From: Octopus vulgaris
Taxonomy: Eukaryota
Direction: 5' to 3'
Length of the DNA stretch: 64,000 bases
Assembly (NCBI GenBank): GCA_951406725.2
Contig: OX597823.1
Span: 63,550,001 to 63,614,000, forward strand
Both the position numbers and the translations under genes were made by a program. Positions 53,154 through 64,000 of this stretch are shown here, in pieces (the first letter of the stretch is position 1; every line of letters starts with the position of its first letter). The notes beneath the pieces are model-generated. The model was not told the origin of the DNA and searched no databases. It was given only the letters and a program-made list of their open reading frames with translations.

Positions 53154-55451
53154 CGATTTATTTACTTTATATTCAAATTTTTTATGTATTGATTAAGTCT
53201 TTCCTTGTTTGATTTGCAAAATAGTGGTTTTGTCTCTAATTAATATTATATATACATATATATATATATATGTCTTAGGCCAACCGCATCAACAGTAACA
53301 AAATGAAAAACAAAACAAAACAAAAAAAGTAATACGAATAATAAAAACACAAATAAAAATGTTATTAATAAAGTGAGACATATGAAATGTCTTCCGTGTA
53401 TTCTTTCTTTAAAAAATGGTAAAATGAAAAACGGACAGGAAAAGACAGAGAGAAGAAGTTATTGTGGCTGCGCTGCTGATAAGTTCCGTTCTTTTTTGCA
53501 ACCAATTCAAAGCGTCGTTCTTCCCCTGTCTCATTAATTCAGGACCAATTATATCCTCGCACAGCTTGTTGTAATTATTCAACCAATAAATCTGTTAATC
53601 GAGAAAAGAAAAGAAAAGAAAAGAAAAGAAAGGGTTAAACAAATTTAAGAAATCTTAATTACTTATTAAATAATTAAATTGATATAACATAGGATTTTAG
53701 AAACCTCGAGAGAGCATGAAATAAATTGTTTTTAAGGGTGGAACTTGAAGTAGATAACGTGTAGAATATTGCGTTAAAAACTACGAAGGTAATAGCGTGT
53801 ATATATCGGGTTAAAAAATCCTTGGATGGGAAAAAAGTTGGATGGGACTCGAATCCTCATCCCCGAAAGACGTTCTACTATTGTACCAAAGCAAGCCATC
53901 GAATTTTGCCATCCATTTTAGGCGCTTTGTTCTTAGCTAGAACTTTTGTTTGTCATAGGATTGTAGAAACTTGAATGACATTAAATAAATCGTTTTATTG
54001 GTAGAACTCGAAATAGATAAAGCTATAAATAACAACGCGTAAATATTGGACGCTAAATGGCGAATTGGTAGTCGTTAGAATGTTTGACAAAATGCTTGGC
54101 AGTATTTGTTCTAGCTCTCTTCACTCAAAGTTCAAATCCCGCCGGACAATAATGTCCCAACCCTCCCCTAATATTCATTTCCATTTTGTCTCAAATCACA
54201 AACTCCAGAGTACTTCCCAGTCCTTCCTATCAGAAACGCAGGATTCTGGAACTTTCTCCTTTCCCTCATTTTTCTCATAGACATTAAACCACAACAGTTC
54301 AAGTCTGATATAACTCTCACTGGCTTCATCAGGTATCTTGAGCCTGCAAAGGTCATGAGTATCATCCTTCTTAGATTAATGTTTAAAAATAGTTGGCCTT
54401 CATGATCACAACATAACGCTACCCTCAACAAAATCTCCCCTCCGACGTAACGTTGCCCTTTGACATAAAATTTCGCCTTAACACAACTCTTTTCTTTAAC
54501 GTAACACTGCTCTTTAACACAAAATATTTTGGGCATGTTGGCCACAAATAAAGTAGTTGTTTTCACAAGGTTCGTCAAGAGAAATCAACAAGAACGATTT
54601 TCTGTTGATTCCTTCAGGCTTATGCAAAATTATGTTCGCTCAACACTGTAATTAAAGCAAAATTGTTGGTTTTACGCAATGCATATTCTATATCAATTAT
54701 GTCACACCATTAGCATCGCAGTTTATTTTGGTAAATCAATAATAACCTCCTTCTTAAAGAAGCACGCGTAACATTTAATAATTTCCCTGGGGAAATATTT
54801 TTTAGATTTTGCTAACCATAAATGTGAAACTGTGGCCCCATTCATGCAGCTTATGGTATATTGCATAGCATATTCAAAACATTTTACATTTCATCAAATA
54901 TTTCAGTTCCTTCCCGAATTATACTGTTGACCATTAGTAAAGAACCTCAGCTGTTTACTGTATAAAAATGTACCTTTTGAGCGTTAAGTATATATGCCAG
55001 GAATGTAGTACAACAAAGCAAAGCTGTTAACTCATCGATTCCTTCAACCCAGCAAATTCTTCAAGTTCAAGTTGCTGTCTACAGGTAATCAGCCATCGTA
55101 AAAGAGAGCTGGCTACTAATCGAACCTCGTGCTAATCCCTCATTAAATTGTATCAAAACTACAGACTTATAGGCGCAGACATATAAGTCTGTATGCTTGT
55201 GAGGTTCATGCGCAATCACTTAATTCCGGGTTCGATCACATTGCAACGCTTCTTATGCAAGAATCTTCTATAGTAGCCTCAGACAAATCAATACTTTATA
55301 AGCAGATTATGTTAAATAGAAACTATGATAGCCGTTATATATATATATATAACGGTTGTCATATAAGACGGTCAACACACTTGGGTTATTTCACTTGGAC
55401 TCAGCCTTTTTTTCCCCACCTTCGTCTTTATTCATGTCTTCCCAATTTCCT

Positions 55452-55551
55452 NNNNNNNNNNNNNNNNNNNNNNNNNNNNNNNNNNNNNNNNNNNNNNNNN
55501 NNNNNNNNNNNNNNNNNNNNNNNNNNNNNNNNNNNNNNNNNNNNNNNNNNN
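55452..55551. other. Assembly gap (100 N)
   Basis: Run of exactly 100 N. Confidence 1.
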
Positions 55552-55580
55552 CTTTGAGGACACACATATTACACACACAC

Positions 55581-55663
<83 letters not shown>

Positions 55664-55956
55664 TGTATGTGCATGTGATGTTCGTGTGTGGTGTGTGGCG
55701 TGTGCGTGTGTGTGTTTGTGTGTGTATAGGTGTAGGAGTGACTGTGTGGCAAGAATCTTGTTTCTCAACCCCATGGTACCGGGTTCAGTCCCACTGCGTG
55801 GCTCCTTGGGCAAGCGTCTTCTACTATAGCCTCGGGCCGACCAAAGCCTTGTGAGTGAATTTGTTAGACGGAGACTGAGAGAAACCCGTCATATATATTT
55901 ATATATACATATATGTATGTATGTTTGTATGTATGTATGTATGTATTTTACCACCT

Positions 55957-55987
<31 letters not shown>

Positions 55988-57458
55988 ATGTGTGTGTGTA
56001 TGTATGTATGTATGTATGTATGTATGTATATATTTGCGTGTCTGTGTTTGTCGCCCCACCGTCGCTTGAGGACCGATGTTGGTGTGTTTACGTCCCCGTA
56101 ACTTAGCGGTTCGGCAAAAGTGACCGATAGAATAAGTACTAGGCTTACAAAAATTATGTTTTGGGGTCGATTTGTTCGACTGAAGTGCTTCAGCATGGCC
56201 ACAATCAAATGACTGAAACAAATAAAAGAATATATATACTGAGGGTGCCTCCAAATTAAGGCAACCAAATGTACATATATACATGCATACATGCATGCAT
56301 ACACACACACACAAACATACATGGACCCCCTTTGGTTGCGAATGACCATGGGACTGCACCTAGAAAGTTACCCTTCGAGGTACAAGTCCAGGCAAGGTGT
56401 TTTTTGGAAGACCACAGCAGTCGTTCATGCATACCAGCCTATCCTTTCCATACCACCGATGTTATCCCACGGGGAGGCAAAGGCCGATACAGCTTGGCAC
56501 CAGTGACGTCGCAACTCATTTCTACAGCTGAGTGAACTGAAGTAATGTGAAATAAAGTGTTTTGCGTAATAATACTACACACAGCTCAGTCGGCAACAGG
56601 CTTCTTTTATTTTCCGCTTATCAAATACACAAAAAAGGCTTTGATCGGCACGGGTCTGTGGTAGAAGAAGACACTTGTCCATGTTACCAACCACGCAGTG
56701 GGATTGAATCTGGAACCAAGTGGTAGGAAAGCAAACATCGTACCTCAATTCCACATTTGTGCCAACTTGTAGGAACAAAATAGAATCCTAACGTTTTAAG
56801 CCACATTATTTATTTGGGAGACAAAAATAATTTTCAAAGCCATTTACTGAGATACCTATTTTATCAATACTGGAGTAGTAAGTAAAATAATTTATATTTA
56901 AGACATCCATCACTGCTGTCGTCTGCAATTCATACAAGACGCTTACTATACGTAAGGGACATAACTCTTTCTGGTACAAGGGTCACAACTCTTTTTCTCC
57001 TGGCAAGGGAAATAACTCTTCTCATGACTATTTGATAAATAATTCTACTGAGCTGCGTTAACATTTCATATAATCTTATCTACGCCATAACGTTCGTTTT
57101 ACGTGGATAACAAAGAAATTTAAATGATCATAATGTAATGCATGTCAAATAATGAATCATTTCCGTTTTGTTTCATTCGTTCGCAGTATACAGTTTCAAA
57201 TTTGAAGATCCACACAAAACTTGAGAAAGGACAGTGGAGCATGGTAGATGAGTGTAATACGGTATATTCTTTTACTTGTTTCAGTTATTAGACAGCAGCC
57301 ATGCTGGGGCACTGCCTCGAAGAATTTTAGTCAAATGAATCGATCCCAGTACTTATATTTTTTTAAAGCCTGGTACTTATTCAATCGGCCGATTTTTTTT
57401 TTTCCGATCCACTAGTCTACGGGGACATAAACACATCAAATCGGATCTCAAGCGGTGG

Positions 57459-57530
<72 letters not shown>

Positions 57531-58047
57531 GACGGGTTTCTTTCGGTTTCTTCTACTAAATCCATTCACAAGGCTTTGGTCGGCCCGAGCCTATAGTAGA
57601 AAGCATTCGTCCAAAGTGCCATGCAGGGGTACTGAAATCAGCACCGTGCGGTTGGGAGGCCTTCTATTACGATGTAGCCATACCGTCCCCGGAAACTGTT
57701 GTATAGTGAAAGCGTATATCCCTCCCGGTAAAAAGCGGTAGTAGAAGCCATTATAAATAGACCAGTAGCCGGCCGATAGTAGAAGGTCGAGAAGAGAAGG
57801 TCGAGAGTACGTGTAGACAGTGTTGATAGTCGTGTCTGTGCTGATATAGTAATTATACTGTGATACTGAGTGGACGTTATAACGATCCAACCTTTCGAGG
57901 ATAAGACTGTACGACTAAGGGGTTGTACAGTGCCATATCGAACCATTTTATCTATGACCCCGGAATATAACAATATCTGTCAAAGCGACACCCGTCGTCA
58001 AAAGACAGATACAACAGTGGCAAAAGAACGCTTTACAACAGAAATCA

Positions 58048-58091
<44 letters not shown>

Positions 58092-58839
58092 GTACGTACG
58101 TACATAACATACATATATTTCTTTACTACCCACAATGGGCTAAACATAGAGGGGACAAACAAGGACAGTCAAAGGGATTAAGTCGATTACATCGACCCCA
58201 GTGCGTAACTGGTACTTAATTTATCGACCCCGAAAGGATGAAAGGCAAAGTCGACCTCGGCGGAATTTGAACCCAGAACACGTGACAGCAGACGAAATAC
58301 GGCTACGCATTTCGCCCGACGTGCTAATGATTCTGCCAGCTCGCCGCCTACATAACATACATACGCACGCACACACACATACGTACGTACGTACGTACGT
58401 ACATGCACACATACATACATACAATACGATATCGACCAGGCAATCGGGTTGATGTACACTACGCAGTTCCTCACACTGGTGGTGGTTTTTGAATAATGGC
58501 ACACTCTGAGCTAGGTTGGCAGGCAGACGTTCCCTCTGAACGGTCAATCAGTCCGTTGCCGGGCTACCCTTTTACAGCTGAATGGACTGGAGCAACATGG
58601 AATAAAGTGTGTTGCTCAAGAACGCAATGCACAGCTGGTCTGGGAAACGACACCGCCACTTGGCTACTCGCCTATACATACATACATACATACATACATA
58701 CATACATACATACATACATACATACATACATACGTACATACATGCATACACACATACACACACACACTCACAACCACACATACACATATATACATATTCG
58801 TGTATATATACACACACATCCATCCATCTACCCGTACAT

Positions 58840-58905
<66 letters not shown>

Positions 58906-61105
58906 GGTGGTACCCAAAAGAAACCGGAATTTTACAATATTATTTTATTCACTTAAGGCGGTGAGCTGGCAGAATCGTTAGCACACTAGACGAAATGCCT
59001 AGCGCTATTTCGCCCGTCGCTACGTTCTGAGTTCAAATTCCGCCGACGTCGACTTAACCGTTTATCCTTTCGGGGGACGATCGATAAAATAAGTACCATT
59101 TGGACACTGGGGTCGATGTAATCGATTCATCCCCACCTTCCCCAAGCTGCCCTTGTGGCAAAAACGTGAAATAATTATTTTATTCCCTTAGTTTTTACAT
59201 GTTTACACTTTTATCGCCTGCAAAGTATTCTCCATTTGAAGCAATTCATCAGTCCAGACGCGTTTTTCACCGTTCGAAGCAGTCCCAGAACTCTTGCGAA
59301 GTGATGCCTTTTAACGCTTCCGTCGTTTTTTTCTTCAACTGTTCCACATCTGCAAATTCTGTAGCACCAGCTTTCGTCACCAGTGATGACTTTTGTAAAA
59401 AGGTCCGGATTAATTTCCAACTGTTCTTTCAATTCACGACAGACATTCAGTCGTGACTGCTTTTGATCTTTCGTGAGCAAAGGAGACACAATTTTTGCTG
59501 CAACTTTTTTCATTCACATTTCCTCGCTCAAAATTTGTTGGCAGGAGCTCCAGGACACGCCAGTCATATCAACAAGTTCGTCCAGTGATGGTCCTTCAAG
59601 ATAAGTTCACGAATTTCCATAATGTTTTCATTCGTTCAGGAGATCGACGGACGCCCTGAACAAGGTTGCTCTTCAAGTGACAAGTAACCATTCCTAAAGT
59701 GTGAAAATCACTCATAAATTTGTGCTTTGTTTCGGCTTTGTTTCGGCTTTGTTTCCTTTTGCCACTATTGTTGATGTTGTGGTTGTTATTATTCTTATAT
59801 GGTTAAAATACTTACCGTTCAGTTCACAAATAACTTTATTGTCACATTCTTGCTTTCTGTTATCGTTGCTATTGCAGCTCTACCCTACGACCTTAAAACT
59901 ACGTGAGACGTTTTCGAAATCGCCGCCGCTGCTAAATAGAAAAACAGCAGCAAAGCTAGGGTAAAGAATAAGATGGCGGGCCACCACGAGGACGCCATTA
60001 TGGTAACAGTATTATGGGGTCTGCTGCATATGCCTGTATAGACTTGGAAGTCCGAGACAGGGGCTGCAAACTCAAGGGTTTCTCTAGGCGGCACACACAA
60101 GAGCTGCTCTAGGCGGTACACACAAGGGCTGCCCTAGGCGGCACACACTCTAGTTGCGCCTCTGTAGAAATATACATGACGCTCAGCTGGCGGGCATATA
60201 TGTATACGATTATAACGAAGTCTCTGTTATACATGATTATATATTTAGTGGACTAATTTGTTTCACATACTAAAATTATGAATTCCAATATTGCGATTTT
60301 TTTTTCCTTTACAAATCACATTCTGCGCTATATCTCTTCTGTCAGTTTTAAGCCGACCATTAAGTACCGTAAATCTTCGAGTATAGTCCGCCCTCGAGTA
60401 TAATACGCAGGGGATTTTTAGGGGGCTGTTCCTCGGAAAAACCTAAACCTTGTGTATAATAAGCACCTCTTCTCTAACTTGAGTCAAGGAGGTCTATATA
60501 ACGTTGTTGGTTTGTAAAAATGTATACGGTAACGTCCTTTATTATTATTGTACATATAACATAATGCAAACGTGTAGCTTTTTGTGCATTTTGTTTGCAG
60601 AAAATAAAGAAGAACAGTAATAACAGTAATAACGTTTAATAAATGTTGCTTACTGCAAGTTATGGATGATTCTTTTATGACTTCATTGCTTTCAGGCTTA
60701 GCTTAAGGTATTTTCGCGCCCAACATCACAAAATGCGTCTGAATAAACATTGCCGGAAAGCAAATAGAGACTCGGACATTGCTTAGAAAATAATTTTCAT
60801 TTTTAATCTCGTACTAGGGATTTTGACCTTTAAATTTGGGGGAAAAAATGCGGATTATAGTCGAGGATTTACGGTATATAATTCCTTTTACAAATTACTC
60901 GCAAGTTATCTAAAAGGATATTCAATCAACATTTTACGATACCATGATAATTTTTAAGAGCGCTACAGAGAAAATAATACACAAGAAGATCGCTTTACAA
61001 CCGAGTGGTCTCGGGTTCAGTCTCTCTGCGAAAGTACTTTCTACCATAGCTTCAGGCCGGCCAATGTCTAGTGAGCTGTAGACAGAAACTATACAACTTT
61101 TTAGA

Positions 61106-61182
<77 letters not shown>

Positions 61183-61637
61183 GCGCCCGCGCGTACTTGT
61201 AATTTCAACACCACTTGGCAATTGGTGTTGGTTTGCTTACGTCCCCGTAACTTAGATGGTTCGGTGAAAGAGTCCGACTGAATAAGTACCGGACTTAGAA
61301 AAGATAATTTCTGGGGTCGATTTGTTCGACTAAACACCGTCAAGACAGTAACCCATAACAACTGCAGTCCAATAACTGAAACAAATAAATAATGACGGAT
61401 TACGCTCAACATACGTACAAAGTATATGTATGCCGTCTATTGCCTCTGAATGGGATTTGGGGTGAGTTGTCTCGCCTGTCTATGACTTCCAGGTATTTTA
61501 ACACCCGGTGCTTTGAGAGAGTCATCTTCACCACGTCAAATCGCAGCCTACTGGCGAATAAGCACAGCATGTACATTGAGTATATGTGTTAGCTAATGTT
61601 TACAGCGCTTGCGCTGCTTCTTATTCATATTTGAATA

Positions 61638-61716
<79 letters not shown>

Positions 61717-62748
61717 ACAGCTGATGAAGGGGAATTTTCCTTGTGTTGTTTGTCTTGTACTCTGTTTTTTCGTTGTTAAAAAAAAGGTCCGTTTTATGTT
61801 TGTTTTTACGTTTTCGTTTCTCGTTGAGTTCTACGTCTATTTGTGGTGTCCTGTACTCACGTATATATATTTATATATGCATGTATATATACATGTAGAT
61901 GTAGGTACGTACATATATGTATGTATGGATGCATATATTTTATTTATTACACTATTGTATGACTGAGCGCCCTCGCGTCGTTTCGTTTCGTTTCCCCCAA
62001 GTAAGTTTTTATATATAATTATGACGCGAAACTCTATAACCCTTTGCTTGACCTTCCCTTCCTTCCTTGTCTTCCTCTTTGCCTGTCTCTCTTTTTCACC
62101 CTTTCTGGTTTCCTTTCTCCTCTCTCTCTCTCTCTCTCTCTCACTCCTACTCATCTCTCTCACAGCCGGGCGACCACTTCCTTTCGCTTGTGGCCTCCTA
62201 ACAGTGAACACGCTTTCTTCCTGCGCTCTTAAAAAATCTTTCCTCGTCTAGGCCAAAAAAGGCCCTCATTGTTTGTTTTCTTGTTTGTTTTTATCTCTTG
62301 TACTGTATTTTTTTGTAATTGTATTTTTATTTTGTATTTTATTTTGTAATTTTATTTGTATCGTTTTTACGTCCTGTTTTTGTCACATTTTTTCCTTTCC
62401 TTGTTTTTACCCCTCTGCAAAGGAATTTTATTTAATTCTTTCGCAGGAAGGGCTAGTTCGACGAGTCGTGTTCTGTCCTCACCTTCGAAACACGCATGGA
62501 GTCGTACTAGGGACAGCTGATGAAGGGGAATTTTCCTTGTGTTGTTTGTCTTGTACTCTGTTTTTTCGTTGTTAAAAAAAGGTCCGTTTCCATGTTTGTT
62601 TTTACGTTTTCGTTTCTCGTTGAGTTCTACGTCTATTTGTGGTGTCCTGTACTCACGTATATATATTTATATATGCATGCATATATACATGTAGATGTAG
62701 GTACGTACATATATGTATGTATGGATGCATATATTTTATTTATTACAC

Positions 62749-62792
<44 letters not shown>

Positions 62793-63062
62793 TTTTATAA
62801 GCTTGAACCTTATAGCGATCAACGCGCAATGACTAAGGACTAATAATGGGGCATATAAGCCTTCGACAGAAAAAAAATGTAGGTTTTCCGGCACGCATGG
62901 GACTCGAACTCACATCCCTTTCTTTACGCGACTAATTCTGTTACCGATTACACAAGCACACTAACTTGGGTTTGCCTTTCTAATTTAAGAACTATATTAG
63001 TTCGTAGTAAACGAACTTTCATGTACTTTCATTGTAAATGGTTTTGTTAAGCAGTGTCGAGT

Positions 63063-63133
<71 letters not shown>

Positions 63134-64000
63134 AAGGGTGCTGAAATGTTCTTTGCTTTGGGTAAAAGAAAATACAGAATGGTCAGTTAATTATAATTTT
63201 ATTCAACATATTCCACTCTCAGATTCACACACTTATTGCAGTGGTCCTTCAGTTTTTCAAGCCCTGTAAAAGAACTCGGAAGATTGGGCTGCCAACCAGG
63301 TCTTTCGCGACACCCTTAAAGCCAGGAACTTTTCAGTGCCCCCCCCCCATATATGTGTATGTATCTATAGTTATATGTGTGTGTGTGTATGTGTGTGTAT
63401 TGGGTTGATGCTTAATTATCGCGTTTTTTTCCAACAAATTTTATTCAACAAAAACAATAACATGTTACAAAAACATCTGTAAATGATTATTCCGGAGCAT
63501 ATTCACCACCTACTTCAATTACGGCTTCCCATTTGCTTGGAAGACGGTCAGACCGTCATTTAAAGATGTTTTTGTTAAATATCGTTTGTTATTGTTTTTG
63601 TTGAAAAAAAAAAGCCGCAATAATTATGCACCAACCATATGTGTATACACACACACATATATATATACATATATATATATATACATATATATATATACAT
63701 ATATATATATACATATATATATATACATATATATATATACATATATATATATACATATATATATACATATATACATATATATACATATATATATATACAT
63801 ATATACATATATACATATATATACATATATATATATACATATATACATATATATATATACATATATATATACATATATATATATACATATATATATACAT
63901 ATATAATAATAAATATTAGGAATAAATCCAAATTTACAGGGAAAAATCAGATTTAGGATTGAATCCAATTTTATAGTAAAATATTATATAACTTTAAAAT
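55552..64000 (+). repeat. Copy 2 of the duplication (runs off the window)
   Basis: Starts CTTTGAGGACACAC immediately after the gap and matches 44647 onward. Confidence 0.97.

Overview
AT-rich, microsatellite-dense animal DNA with no convincing host protein-coding gene. Almost all ORFs in the track are translations of simple repeats or SINEs. The SINE families look like those I recall from octopus genomes (inference, not checked). The window is a mosaic of mobile elements: two abundant tRNA-derived SINE families, RTE, RLE-type and L1/Tx1-like LINE fragments, a decayed Chapaev-like DNA transposon, Tc1/mariner remnants, hAT/pogo-type MITEs, Helitron-like elements and a decayed 5S rRNA copy. Bases 44647-53090 are repeated almost identically after a 100-N gap (55552-64000), probably an assembly or haplotype duplication. 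The most notable signal is a set of minimal type I hammerhead ribozyme motifs (CUGANGA...GAAA core, palindromic stem III) in at least five different repeat contexts. One is a tandem dimer of about 307 bp per unit that joins a tRNA-like Pol III head, an (AAT)n tract and a hammerhead, which suggests a retrozyme/SINE hybrid.
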